Of a stretch of 64,000 nt of DNA, positions 1 to 14,814 are shown one piece after another; the first letter of the stretch is position 1, and every line of letters begins with the position of its first letter. Source of the stretch: Eledone cirrhosa (lineage: Eukaryota); contig OZ024742.1 in the NCBI GenBank assembly GCA_964016885.1, forward strand, positions 133,052,001 through 133,116,000, written 5' to 3'. The notes below the pieces were generated by a model. It made no database searches and was not told where the DNA came from. It saw nothing but the letters and a program-made list of their open reading frames with translations. The position numbers were made by a program, and so were the translations under genes.

Positions 1-720
1 TATATGTGGTTAGGAGAGAAACCAGCCGTTATAAATATAGAAAAAATGAAAAGTAACCAGACATAGGCGAGGCAGAATTTAAAAACCCTATGTTTCAATG
101 TAGAAATATTAGTTCGTATATTTTCTCTCTATATAACGGCTGGTTTCTCTCCTAACCACATATATCTCCCTTACATTAATACTAGAGCTAAATAAATAAA
201 TAAATAAATAAATGTATCATTGATACGTCATTCAACGGATGTTCAACTACCTACTTTTCTCTATATATATCTATCTCTATCTATTTCCTCTCTCTATATA
301 TATCTCTCTGTTTCTTTACATGAAGTTCTTCTCTTTATCTATCTTTCCATCTCTCTATTTAGTTGCATGCATTTCTTCTTTTTCTTCGTTTTCTTTCTTT
401 CTTTCCTTCTTTCTTTCTTTATTTCTTTCTGTTTACAATTTTTCACTGCCAAATCAACTTTTCAAATACAAGTCGATGTTGAACGGTATGTCAAATCTAT
501 TTATTTATAAAACTGTCTATATTGTATTTTGTCTGAAGAAGGCATAACATATAGTTAATATGATATCCCTGAAATATATATAATGAAATAAATATGGTTT
601 TATAAATATCGTTTCCATTTATTTAATATCGTAAATATACTCCAAATACTTGTTGAGTGCTTTTATATCAGTTATAAATATTGACTAGTTGTAACCCAAC
701 GATTTAAATATAACTTTCCA
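1..720 (+). mobile_element. PLE pLTR-like non-coding element with a fold-back (about 1-33 / 134-165) and a hammerhead
   Basis: tatatgtggttaggagagaaaccagccgttata is inverted at 134-165. Positions 485-720 align with 17685-17920. The element runs into (TA)n. Confidence 0.55.
525..590 (+). ncRNA. Type I hammerhead ribozyme (AUA triplet, palindromic stem III)
   Basis: tattttgt-CTGAAGA-(agg..catat/atatg..cct)-GAAA-tatat-ATA|atgaaata. Stem I has 8 bp including G.U pairs. Confidence 0.65.
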
Positions 721-840
721 TATATATGTATATATATATATATATATTGATGAGGAATAGAATCAGTACCTCAGAATAAACAGTTTGCTCCATTTGATAC
801 CTCCTTCCGTTACTCTGAGTGTTGTTAAACCCCATATTAT

Positions 841-1187
<347 letters not shown>

Positions 1188-1191
1188 TGAA

Positions 1192-1440
1192 GGCGCATGG
1201 CTTAGTGCTTATAGCATTGGGCTTGCAATTCAAAGATTGTGAGTTCAATTCTCGTACCGGGTGATGTGTTGTTTCCTTGAGCAAGACACTTTATTTGACG
1301 TTGCTCCAGTTTACTCAGCTGTATAAATGAGTACCGGCCTGCCCGCCCAGCCAGTGGGATGGCGTTATATTATGGCTAAAACATCACGACGTGTTGTGAC
1401 CAGCGGCGCAGATTGGCGCCCGACAGACTGGTCGGTCAAG

Positions 1441-1445
<5 letters not shown>
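1192..1445 (+). mobile_element. tRNA-derived SINE, family B
   Basis: A-box-like tggcttagtg, B-box-like gagttcaattc, then ccttgagcaagacactt..actcagctgtataaatgagtacc. A related copy lies at about 44305-44519 on the minus strand. Confidence 0.75.
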
Positions 1446-1479
<34 letters not shown>

Positions 1480-1705
1480 GGTATATTATTGTTATAGGTA
1501 ATCCAGTTAGAGGTTTAAGTACCCTGCGTCGTGGATAATTTTAACGTACTGTTTTGTTTAACTCAACAAGATGTATCCATAGTTAGACAGCGAGTTCGCG
1601 GTAATTCCTACGCAGGTTATACTTGGAGTAATAATAGTGAAAGAATGAAGAGTAACATATTTTGGTATTCTGATGAGTTGGTCAGAGGTAAATAATGTAA
1701 AGCCT

Positions 1706-1790
1706 TACACACGCTGATGAACCGTAGCTAATCATTTCTGTCAACAAGTTAGTTGGTGAAACAGATCCTGTTGGATTTGTACGAGTGTGT
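1706..1790 (+). ncRNA. Type I hammerhead ribozyme (GUA) within a pLTR-like element at about 1480-1960
   Basis: acacacg-CTGATGA-(acc..agctaat/gttagtt ggt)-GAAAC-agatcc tgtt ggattt-GTA|cgagtgt. All three stems pair, and cleavage is predicted after A1781. Confidence 0.85.
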
Positions 1791-2145
1791 TAGATAGTTA
1801 TCAAGGTACGTATTTGCACTTTCATTTATATTTTTAATTATTGTGTGTCTACTTTGCCTTCCATGGGCTATAGATTCCATACACTGTTCGTTTTTCCCTG
1901 TTTGACTGATGGCCCACTATATCTCTCTCTGATGTGTTATCTTTTCTACAAAGTGAACTTTATATTAAATACGAGACCAGAGCATTAATATCAAAGAACT
2001 GGTGGCTATTGAATTTATTGTGAAGTGGAACTGACGAATTCTTCTAATAACAGACAACTAGATATAATTTCGTCAGTGCTTCTTTGCCTCTCACCTATTC
2101 CAGCAAATCTATATATCTATCTTTCTGTTTGTCTACTATTTCTAG

Positions 2146-2205
<60 letters not shown>

Positions 2206-2238
2206 TTCTCTCTCACTCTCACTCATTATATGTATATA

Positions 2239-2342
<104 letters not shown>

Positions 2343-3546
2343 ATAGATAGATAGATATGTGTATAGGGGTATGTGTATCAAGAATAATAATGGCAGATCT
2401 CATAATTTCGGATTTTATTTTAGTTATAAATAACTTCGTGTACTGTGGTAATGAAAGTAAGATTGTGGTATAATTAAAGTAGTGCCAGCAAAAAAGCTAG
2501 AAATAATATAAAAGACTTTGGAAAGAGAAAACTGATTAACATTTACTCAACTTTGAGAGAACAACTATGTTACTGACAAATTCAATAAATTAATGATTTG
2601 CATGAATATCAAGGGTTGTGATGGAAATATTGTCCCCATAGCAACGTCGATCTCACATAGATTAATGATCCATCTTAAATTTTATCTCGTTGGTTGTGCT
2701 TTTAGAGCATTTGTGCATGGCCGAATGAAAAATTCAGTAACATCCCTGTATACATCAATGAATCATAAGCACGCTGTTTGATCTCATACATTATATATGT
2801 TGCTTCCCTCTTTCTTTAAGACTGAAATGTCTTGTTCCAGTTGGGTATTTTTTCTGCATTGCCAACTCATGTTACATGCGATCAAATTTCACTGCATGAT
2901 TTCAGTGGTAAATATGACGGTCATAATTCATTGCATCTACCTCAGTATGTACACATTTCTGGAATTGGTATACAAATATCCAATGAGGGTACTGAGAGAT
3001 TGTTGTCTAATCTCATAAGGAATTGACGCCACGTACGCTATAATGTTCTTGAAATTCGTAGACAACTTAAATTTTCTACCTGACTGATATATCATTTCTG
3101 ATAAATAATTATTAATATATCACTATAAAATGTATACCACAATATATTAACAATGTATTCATACCATGGCTAAACTGATAATTCATCAATTTATGTGCAA
3201 CATCCTTTCATGAAAAGAAAGATTATTAAAATTGATGTGACAATTTATATTGAAAGAAATACCGGGCATTCCTTGGAAAAGTCTGTGGAAAGACATTTAC
3301 TGGAAGTGCAAACAATTTACTTATATTGAGGTAATTTAGACATAGATTTATCAATTCTGTGTTGGCAAATAAAAGTATGTATTTACTAATTCAGCCATAG
3401 GCAAAGTAACCCAGGCATACGTCTAGATGAAAAAAAAACAAAAAACACAAACAACGGATTTAGACGTTGTCAATTCGCTGTTAAATAGATTTCCCGAAGG
3501 GAATAGAATCCAAAGTTATGTATGATAACCATGCGCGCACATGTAT

Positions 3547-4665
3547 ATATCATATATGCAACAACACAGCTCGCCATTTTTCATTCATATATATACTTTC
3601 CCCTTCGCTGTGACCTGTTTTTTTCTCTTCCCTTACTGCTATTCTCTTTCTCTCTCCCCCTTCTCTCTCCTTCTCCCTCTTACTTTGAGTCACCCCTCTA
3701 CTATTGACCCTCTCTCGGCTAGCCTCTTCCTCACACTTTCACTCAATCACTCTCTGCTACTCACCCTCTCTCTCACTTCCTCCATCGTCCCACACGGTAC
3801 GAAATTCTTTTCTCGCTCACATTCGCACGGCCAAGATGTGTCTTGCGTCTCCTCGTTAATATTCTCACGTTCTTATGTTCAAAATGAATCATTGATTGAG
3901 TTTCTCATTTTCTCCTCTCTTTAGGTTGCTTCACCATTCGTGTTTGTTTACCTGTCTCTCTTTTTCCACCCAACTATTTTTATCCAAGTAATTTAATTTA
4001 GTTATTATATTGTCCTAGCCGGAGGTATATGATCTGTAATGCGAAGAAATACCTATGATGGCTAGTAGACCACTGATGATGGATAGTACTTGATTCTATT
4101 TCTAATTATTTATTATATACATATCATATTTGCAACAAAACAGCTCGCCATTTTTCATTCATATATGCTTTTCCCATCGCTGTGACCTGTCTTTTTCTCT
4201 TTCCTTACATCTATCCTCTTTCTCTCTCCACCTTCTCCCTCTTAATTTCACTCACCCCCTCTGCTAGTCAACCTCTCTCGGCTAGCCTCTTCCTCACACT
4301 TTCACTCAATCACTCTCTGCTAATCCCCCTCTCTCTCACTTCCTCCATCGTCCCACACCGTACGACATTCTTTCCTCGCTCACATTCGCACGGCGAAGAT
4401 GTGTCTTTTGCCTTCTCGTCAATATTTGCATGATCTTATGTTCAAAATGAATCAATGACTTAATTTTTTCCTCTCTTTACGTTGCCACACCATTCGTGTT
4501 TATTTACCTGTCTCTCTTTCTCCACCCAACTCTTTTTATCCCAGTAACTTAATTTAGTTATTCTATTGCCCTAGCCGGAGGTATATGGTGAGTAATGCGA
4601 AGAAATACCTATGATGGCTAGTAGACCACATATGATGGATAGTATTTTATTCTATTTCTAATTCT
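3547..4665 (+). repeat. Diverged tandem duplication, two units of about 560-575 bp
   Basis: cagctcgccatttttcattcatata at about 3568 and 4141. gccggaggtatatg..gcgaagaaatacctatgatggctagtagaccac at about 4018 and 4574. Confidence 0.9.
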
Positions 4666-4908
4666 TTATTCTTTACATATATATATATATATACATATGT
4701 TTTTGCAAAGTTTTTGATATGAAATCGTGTGTCGAAACAAATATTGTTATACTTGAGGAGGGACATATTGTTGTAATAATATTGCCAGAAATAATTACAT
4801 AATACACTCACTCTTTGGTTGGTTTTCGCTTCTCTATCTTTTATATCTCCATAGTTAATTTATTTGGCAATCAATGTTTATCACTGAATGACCAACGGTT
4901 AAAAATAA

Positions 4909-4956
<48 letters not shown>

Positions 4957-5017
4957 CATCAAACTTCTTACGTTCAACATCTGCAACATCATCAGTGGTA
5001 CTATTATTATGTTCCTT

Positions 5018-5087
5018 ACGGGGTCGATAAAATAAAGTACCAGTAATGCACTGGGTAATTGCTGGCCTTGTGCCTAAAGTAGAAACA
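5018..5087 (+). mobile_element. 5'-truncated family A SINE inserted in a pLTR-like element (about 4700-5480)
   Basis: 15-bp target-site duplication (TSD) attattatgttcctt at 5003-5017 and 5088-5102. The host sequence aligns with 18310-18620. Confidence 0.85.
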
Positions 5088-5608
5088 ATTATTATGTTCC
5101 TTCCTAATGTATTGTAATGTCTACGCCAGACATTACATTACATATGAGTGGAATCACAAATAGTAATTAAGGACAAAGCGAAAGCATACAGAAGGCATAT
5201 AGAGACACACAAAACGAAACTAATAAAATAAACCAGACACAGCAATTAGAGACTAGTAAGTAAATACAAAAATAAATAAACACACACACGGTGATATAAT
5301 CCATGCGTAAACCAAACACATATCACATAATACACACAAACAAAATGGTGTAGTACGGAACAATGGAGATACACAAAATATAACCACAGTCACTAAGGAG
5401 GTCACACATTGTGTGACGAAAAACCTTTGATAAACAACCATCCGTTATCGAACCAACCAGCCAAACGAAAATTTATAATAAATTGATATATATATATATA
5501 TATATAAAACAAGGACTATTGGTTACTCCTTCCTTGCGTTTATTGGATGGTGACGCGAGTTACACTCCCTGGATATATATATATATATATTTATACATGA
5601 AATTCTTC

Positions 5609-5989
5609 AGGACCCCGACGGCGGAGCTCTGATCGTTTCGACAGTTAAATCCGTACTGGTAGTCTTCGGATCTAGCTGTCGAAACGGCCGGAGTTCGGCA
5701 TTAGATATCCTGAATCTTTTCATATTATCTACTCTACTACCTCAAGTATCGAGTACTCTGGATGGACCATAACGCAACAGAGTACTCAATACTTAGGGAA
5801 GTAGAGTGGGTAATAGGAAAGTGTATGACCCCGACGGCAGAGCTCAAGCCATTCCGACGGCTATTTCTGGACTAAATTAGTATTTTTAGCGTGGTAAATA
5901 TATTTATTTACCACGCTAAACATTCTAATTTAGTGCAGAACTAGCCGTCGAAACGGCTTGAGCTCTGCCGTCAGGGTCCTACATTTTCC

Positions 5990-5992
<3 letters not shown>
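5609..5992. repeat. Three consecutive palindromes of a pLTR-like family carrying the 3' half of a hammerhead
   Basis: gaccccgacggc..gccgtc(a/g)gggtc fold-backs. The same family occurs at 20830-20975, 31196-31382, 63061-63252 and 63973-64000. Confidence 0.8.
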
Positions 5993-6067
<75 letters not shown>

Positions 6068-6705
6068 AGTGTGTATAACACATAGCTGAGATACATGATT
6101 GAGTGATAGCTATATATATGTGGTATAAACTAGAGTGACGGCCTAAATATGTATATAAATTAGTACATATTTAGAATAAAACATGTAAACTTGAAAAAAA
6201 TACATATTTCCCTATAAATCGAAATCCCGAGGAACAATTCAACTTTATACTTGCCATGTATTTAAGTCTCTATGCAACATTCTACAGCCTTACAAAATAT
6301 CAGTTCCTACTATCATATACATTATAACATATAAACATACACACACTCACACACATACACGCACACCCACACACCCACACACACACATACACACACTCTC
6401 ACACACAAACACACACACACATATATATATAACTTTATCGTATACTTTGTCTCTTTAACGCACATCTTAATCAATATCTTAATTAACTATGATCATTGCA
6501 GCTAATAATATAAAAATTAGTACATCTATTACGGTAATGTACTGTAAATAATTGCTTATTAAATACCTCGATTACGTATATTCTTTTGGTTGTTTAGCTG
6601 GCATGCATCTTGCTGATGAAAGCCCACCAATGTTGAGAAAGGGTTACATGTGTTTATCACCACACTCATATATGTGAACAAATTCTGATTATACGTACTG
6701 TAATA

Positions 6706-7296
6706 TCTATATATATAAAACTGAGCATGTCTGTCTGTGTGTGTGAGTTTGAATCCCTAAAACTAGAGAAGCACCCAAGCAACTTTTTTCAAACTTTACA
6801 AATGTAATACGTATGTTGCAGGGGGTGTTCTGAGCAAAAATAATTTTCAAATTTCCAATGCCCTAGGGACCACATTAGGCGATTTAGCGATCTCTCTCTA
6901 TAATTCTTAGTTTTCCACTTTTTAGATAGATACATACATATAACGCCGCGCCCTTATAATATCTGTCTGTATGTCTGACTGTCTGCATTACGTCACTTCC
7001 TACAATTCGCTCTGCGTCCAGAACGCGCCTTTATAATATCTGTCTGTATGTCTAGCGGTCTGCTGCCTCCGGTTATTCTGCCACCCTTGCTCAAGACAAA
7101 TCTCACACTCATTTCCCAAACAGTTGGTAAGTGCACACAACTTCCTCCTGACGTTTTAAGCCACAGTGTTGCTTACTTACGTACCACCACACCCTTACTT
7201 ATTTGCCAGCCGTGGTTGTGGCAATACTAAACTTAGCTAAGGCGGTTATTTATTTCACAATATCTTATCCCGTGCAACGCCGGGTACCACTGCTAG
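6706..7296 (+). mobile_element. Non-autonomous Helitron
   Basis: 5' end A|TCTATATATATAAAA, subterminal hairpin cccgtgcaacgccggg (7269-7284), 3' end CTAG|T, no TSD. Confidence 0.8.
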
Positions 7297-7735
7297 TATA
7301 GTAATAAAAAGATTGTAAATTGGAGATATGTATACCAAACGTCAGTGTGATACATTTAATTTCACGCCTTCCGGAGGACACATATCCTTTTGGAATAAAC
7401 CTGCCTTAATTATAATTTCATTTTCGGTGGGGTTTGTATTACATGCGAATGCAATGCGCGTTCAACTTTACAGTTACTTTGGATGAGAAAATCTGACGTA
7501 AATTTCCCTACTATAAATTGAGATGTCAACATAGATCAATCACTTTCTCGGGAATATAATTCGATTACTTTGACTAGCTATAAAGTTAATATTTGTTGCA
7601 GAGTGAAATCATCATTATGGCAAAAATATTAGGAATTCTAACGTAGTTACGTATAATATTTCATTGTCAGTCCTCTTTGGGAGATAAAAATACTACCCCG
7701 TCAAACTTACTTTTTCGTTCTCCTATCACGTTGAA

Positions 7736-7780
<45 letters not shown>

Positions 7781-8808
7781 TACATATACATATATATTAT
7801 TGAATAAAGTGACAGGAGGCCGGAAAGTTTGAAATTCCTTTAACATTTTTATTTTTCAGGCACTATATATATGTCAATGGCAGGTAGAATTTCAACGATA
7901 TCATCATCATTTTACTACTATTGCATCATTGTTTAATATACGGAATGGCCAGGTCTACTCAGTGGGGAACCCCGATGTTCAATGCATATTTATAGCCCGA
8001 TTCAATAAACAATTGCTTTACACTAAGGAAATTCACGGATTTCTGTGGAATAAGTCATGAAATATTGATACGTTTCAATTTACACGGAAGAAAATTATAA
8101 TAAATAAACAAATATTTACATTTTATTTGTGGCGTCCATGATATCATTTAATAACGTAACTCATTTTAATAAACATAGAACCATAAGATATAAAATCTAC
8201 GCTTGCGAATGTTGAACTATACGTTACTGAGCAATTGTTATTCTCGTTTAACGAACTTGTATATCATACACACACTTTCAAATAAGTCTGTTTAATGTTG
8301 TTATTCGTAAGTGGTTGGCTCATTGGGAAAAAGCACACGAATTAGAAACTTTTCCTGTTCGTATCTCTACTAGCTGAGTCAATAGGATATTACTTATTTC
8401 CTGCCATAAACTACTCGCTATACATAACCATTGTTATCAACCGATAGCTAGTTTTCACACACCCTGTTAATCAAGCACAATGGACCATAGAATACACTAC
8501 CTACGTAGTTACCTAGAATAATATTGTAAAATCATATATTTCCTAGGAAAGTGTTATTTTTATCTTTTCTTGCAAAAACAAGCAGAGGTTTTATTCTGGT
8601 TCACCACGTGTGGATGTGATAACAGTAGTATTTCTGCTGGGACGCTCATCAGAATTGGATCAGTTCTTTCTCATGTAAATGCTCAGACTAATAAAACAAA
8701 GATTCTGAAACATATAATTGATGATTTTTGTGGCATGTTTAGAAGGTGAATTCGTATCCTTATCTTCCCTGTTCAACAACCAATGAAGTTTGCGATAAAG
8801 ATACTTAA

Positions 8809-9777
8809 CCCTATTATGCCGTTGGAAAAAGTATGCGCGCTCTGACCACCACCCCTCCACCCTCATGGTTCTTTTGTATAGCGTTTGAAAGGAAGCAGAT
8901 TTTACTCTGAAATGTTAAGACCTTTCCCACAATTTACCTTGATAAATGCACAAAAATCTAATTTTGAAAAATATTCTCCGTTGCCATGGAAAATGCAGGA
9001 GTTGAACAGAGGTATAAAATTATATTTCTTTGATTTTGTCCTGTTACAATAGTTCATGATACACTATTTGCAGCCAATCAATTATCGCCAAATAACATCA
9101 CAAATCTAATGTACTTGTTTTGACTTGCATGTCAACAGTTGTTATGGTAGCCACGTGGTTATCATGGCAACATTGTTTTCTCCATTTTGCAATATTTTGA
9201 GTTTGCATAGTTGTTTTTCATTTATTAGCAAACATGGCAACGGGAATCTACATGACAATACCTACAGGCAGTAACTATATCACTGCAACGTTTCATAGTG
9301 GTTTAAAAAAATGTTGAACACTATAAAATCACTAAATTGTAACACATATGGATACAACTGAAGACGTCATAAAAAATGTAAGAGGTCAGCAACATTTTGG
9401 TAATGCAGAAATGTTTGTCTATATTTATCTCAGCATTTATTATCATAGCTTATTGTTTCAGTAATAAATCAGTGGGGGTGGGTCTAAGGAGTCCCCAAAA
9501 CTCTCAGTTTCTATAGTGTCAAGTTAATGACTGATTTCACCTAAGAATAAATGTGTCAGAAGATGGGATAATCTACATGAGTAAAAGATGTTAAGTGAAA
9601 CTGGATATAGAGCTTAAATATTCTTGCGTAACATGCTATAATTCAAGCTAAATTTAAGCCTAGTATTTTAAAATCAGAGAGTCCCATTTCGTAATGCAAT
9701 TCTTGATATGAAATGTCTGATTCAATGACAACATAAATAATAGGAGCGCATTTACTTTTACATCTATTGGTATAGGG
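8809..9777. mobile_element. Possible old TTAA-flanked MITE
   Basis: TTAA-CCCTAT...ATAGGG-TTAA ends with only a 6-bp terminal inverted repeat (TIR) match. Internal gttgccatgg/catggcaac motifs. Confidence 0.3.
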
Positions 9778-12195
9778 TTAACCATGTGATTATCAATGAT
9801 AACGCTTTTTGTTTAATTCCGTTTTAGTTTTCATTCAGTAAACAGGACCACATGCCCGATGGAGTCGTAGTAGATTCTGAGTTTTACGACTGTCGATTAT
9901 TGTAAATATAGTATCAAATTTGTAATGTTTGAAATTTGTCGCTAGGATTGTATCATAGGTTTCTTAAGAATTATATGGCAGATCTACAATCGAACATCAC
10001 TGTTCATATTACCGTAAAAACACTCATCACCAACTGTCAGTTAACGCGGTAATTTTACTACAAACATATTGCATTGATTAGTCGAAAAAGTAATAAACAT
10101 ACACTAAATAAATGGAGCAATGAAATAATGAATAATGTAAACAAATTATGAATTCATAAAGATAGGTATGATTGAAATGTAGATGAACATATACATGATA
10201 ATTCGAAACGCAAATATGATAGCCAAACCCCGTATGTATATAATCAGCTAGCAAAAAAAAAGGGTGGAAAACGTACTTCAGATATCTAGGAAAAAAATAT
10301 ATAATTAAATGTTATCAATAATTTCATTAGGTAATGTTATTCTTTCAAGATATATGTTTTATTCGAAAAGTTAATCGATAATATATATATCGTTGTATAC
10401 GATGAAAGTCTCTATTCCGGTTCATGAAATTAGCTTCAGCACTATTTATTACACCCAGTGTAGCTTCTTTGATATCCTGGATAGTGCTTCATTTGGATCG
10501 GAAATAGACAGTATTTATGTTAATGAATATTTATGATTTCTAGTCAAGGGAAAACACCGAGCAGTGGTATATTTGGGAAAAGAACACATACACGCACAAA
10601 CACAGACAGATGTCGTTCCTCACAAACATCCAGCCAAACATACAAACGCACACACACACATACACATATTCAAACACACAGACACCGACACCACCCATAG
10701 TTTGTGTATGCAAGTAGGTATGTATTTATGTGTGGATATATTGATGAATATAAACACGTATATTAATTACTCTTACTGAAATAATTGTTTCCTTCTGTAA
10801 CAGATATATTGCTGCTGTACTTTTCGAACAGGAAAACAAATAATTGCGTCGTGAACAACAGTCTATTTATCTGCACCACACCTCTTAGCCACCTGGATTC
10901 AGCTCACCACGACACACGCACCTTTTGCTTACATACATATCTGCATCTACTTACTATAAATAACCTTCGTTAACACTTTTCTCTCCACTGTCATGGTAAC
11001 AATATACATACGTCTTAGCAACAATATAAAAATTGTCCTTGCACAGATATAAGGAAAATCTAGTTAGTTCTTTCTCTGCTTTCAATGTTTAAATTTAAAT
11101 TTCTCAACTTAGCATCTTATGAAATTCGTAGACTACATTGTAATGGATTGAATTTCTTTGAATTTCTCTCTGAGCATTAAACTAGAATCTTTGAAATTTA
11201 CCACAATCACTTAGGGTTTCCTTTGATATATTTGATGCAATTTTACCATCTATAGTTCTTTTTTTATATGAAAGCTGGCATGCACAGAAGCAATGCTAAA
11301 TATATTCAGTATCAGTTGATTCATTATCAATAACAGGTATGTTCAACAGAACCATGCGGCACAAGGAGAGTTGTTTGTTAGTCCAATGGCTTCTTGGAAC
11401 GTGACTTTTGTGCAATAATGTTTCTAATTTACATTCCATTTCTAGATCGCCCATTTTGGTAAAACATCTTAGCATTGAATGAGAGCACGGCAAGTTATAG
11501 AGGTGCTGACAGATGTGATTTGCAATGACGTATATTACTATAATCATATTAATATACTATGTTGATACTAGTTCATTTATGTAGTAATACTCTTATCAGT
11601 CGAGTTATGTTCTTAGATTAGTTCACAGCATTTTTGTTGTATCCTCAACATTTTTTACTTGAACGATACGAAGCACACATTCTTAAATGTGATCAACGAA
11701 CATTGACACAAACGATATATAACGATTATGTATGAACACTAAGGCGGGGCATAATACAAGGTACAACAACTTTTTATTATTTTGGACCTGCAGTTAAATG
11801 AATTTTAAAAAAAATCATTATCCATCATCTTAAAATGTTAAATATACCCATGCGTTCTGGATCGAACATTTTTCTGAACATGTCAGCTATAAAAGTATTT
11901 CATATATTATTGGATCAAATAAAGAGACAGATTCTTCTGCTGATTAGTTCCACGTCTCCCGGAGCCGTACCAAAATAGATATTTGGTAATGCATAATCAT
12001 TTACATGGATCGATTTTTCCCTTCGTATCTAAGAGATATGAAACGGGACCGTAAGGAATTTTAGATTTTCCACATTAAAACACATGGTGTTTCCAAAATA
12101 TCATATTCTTCTTTTATATATATGTCCAGAAATACTATATGCTTCACACATGATATATGAATATATATCTACCTATCCATCCATGTATCTCTCTA

Positions 12196-12234
<39 letters not shown>

Positions 12235-12334
12235 TTGAAATTTGAAATATTGAAGCTCAGGACAAGCGGCCATTTATCTTTTTCACGGATAAATATATTT
12301 ATCACACATATTGTATATGTTATGATTCTTTAAA

Positions 12335-12416
<82 letters not shown>

Positions 12417-12737
12417 ATATTTATATAAATTTCAGTATGTGTTGGTTGCTAACCGACACTTCAGTATACAGGTTGGAACACTGAACGAAGTACGCAGGTG
12501 AGTCTGTTTCCTCCGGAGTAATTGAAAAGAAGAGTAAGTCAGTAGGTTAAAATTAACTTCGTTTATTCAGCGAATATGAATAAACAAAGGTAATTTAAAC
12601 CGGTTGACACACAATTATTGCTATATATGTATACATGTATATATATATATATATATATGTGTGTGTATATATATATATATATGTATACACACACACACAC
12701 ACACACATATATAAACACACACATACACACACGCACG

Positions 12738-12829
<92 letters not shown>

Positions 12830-13426
12830 AATATATTTTTTTTCAATCTGAGGATTGAAAGAAAAATATTTTGCTTTTAAGATACAACTGGTAAATGGAA
12901 TAATTGCCTTATGTTGTTTATTACATAATTATATATATATATATATATATATAACCTTCCAAGAATGATACGGCTCTCACCGCTGTTCAATCTGAATCGG
13001 TCTCTGATGAAATGACTACGTGATACTTATCTTCTGTTCCACTCTGAATACTCTATCGGCTTTCAATATGAGGTTTTTAAACCTCTAAGTGGATGATGTT
13101 AATTATTCTCCTCATAGTTCCTTTTGTTGTACACGTTATACTGTAGTTGTTATAATCGCTTTTAACTTTCAGTTTGGTGCATCCTGTTATTCGTATTTAT
13201 TCCTTCTGTCTTGATCCCCTTGTCAATTTAGTGGAAATGCCGAGTTTGCTTTCCTCTAGTTTCATTTCAACTTCTAATACTTTAATCTCTACCAAGAAAT
13301 ATAGGTTCTATGCTAATTTCCTGGAAAGAGTAGCCCTGTCTATATAATTCATGAAACACTTTTGACTGAATTTTAACAGTTGTTGATTAGGTTAGGTTTT
13401 GATTTTACAGTGTCTGTATTTCCCGT

Positions 13427-13468
<42 letters not shown>

Positions 13469-13479
13469 ACACACACACA

Positions 13480-13626
<147 letters not shown>

Positions 13627-13646
13627 TTATTAAAATAACAGATTCA

Positions 13647-13697
13647 AGTTTAAGCAAATAATCGCTGCTTTCACCCTTAACGGGATCTTCTGAAACT
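13647..13697 (-). ncRNA. Hammerhead-like motif, U4A core variant (CUU)
   Basis: Mirror copy of 13948-13998. Confidence 0.6.
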
Positions 13698-13947
13698 AAC
13701 AAAGTTAATCTGTAAGCGCAGAAGTGGATATTTCAAAAAACGTTGCAACCGGAGGAAGACAGGAAGACGATACTTTGGTTCGTGGTAACGTTCGCTGGCA
13801 AAGAACGGGAAAAAACGAATATAATACGTCATTATTTGGAGCGTTGCCAGCGAACGTTTCCACGAACCAAAGTATCGTCCTCCTGTCTTCCTTCGGTTGC
13901 ATCGTTTTTTGAAATACCCACTTCTGCGTTTACAGATTGACTTTGTT

Positions 13948-13998
13948 AGTTTCAGAAGATCCCGTTAAGGGTGAAAGCAGCGATTATTTGCTTAAACT
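13948..13998 (+). ncRNA. Hammerhead-like motif, U4A core variant (CUU)
   Basis: agttt-CAGAAGA-t ccc gttaa ggg t-GAAA-gcag cgattat ttg-CTT|aaact. Confidence 0.6.
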
Positions 13999-14501
13999 TT
14001 AATAAATATTTGCTCTACGGTTCTTATATATTTGATATATATTTATACTTATCGAGCCCTCTTTGGATTTTAGTCTTCAAATTTATTATTATTACTATAT
14101 ATATATATATATATATATACATACGTCTGTGTGTCTGCGGTATGGCGACCAGAATGACCACAAATTAGAGTAGTATTCGATGCAATGCAGAGAGGCTGAG
14201 TGTGTATATTCAAGAACTAGAAGCCTGGCCGCTAGAGCTCGCGGTCGAGTCTCTATCACATTAAAATATATATGTTAATGCAATATTGTCAGTGTCTATG
14301 TTTAATATTTAACATAATATTAAATGCGTTGTTCATACAGCTATGCAAAGTCTACAGCAATGCAATCGGTTACATGTAAATATAAATATAAAAGCAGATA
14401 TAAGAAAGCTGAAGCTTAAACAGAAACATACACATATATAATTATGCATCCACATACTTAAATACATAGATATATGTACACACCAACACACAGATCGGTA
14501 A

Positions 14502-14694
<193 letters not shown>

Positions 14695-14695
14695 T

Positions 14696-14814
<119 letters not shown>

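Larger units (their letters stand above)
13646..13999. repeat. Fold-back element, arms of about 156 bp around a 42-bp spacer
   Basis: 13646-13801 is the near-perfect reverse complement of 13844-13999. A fragment recurs at about 25590-25640. Confidence 0.95.

Noticed and set aside
2030-2076. Short inverted repeat with CTGACGA on both strands
   Set aside because: No GAAA or stem III follows on either strand.
4725-4756. GAAAC-aaatatt-GTT-atactt half-HHR (also near 18335 and 47490-47525)
   Set aside because: No convincing CUGANGA strand or stem I partner.
6614-6650. CTGATGA motifs here and at 1670, 4073 and 13004
   Set aside because: No correctly placed GAAA, stem III and NUH could be folded.
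11296-11547. ORF with CQHLYNLPCSH (SWIM/MULE-like)
   Set aside because: The motif is incomplete and there is no other transposase evidence.
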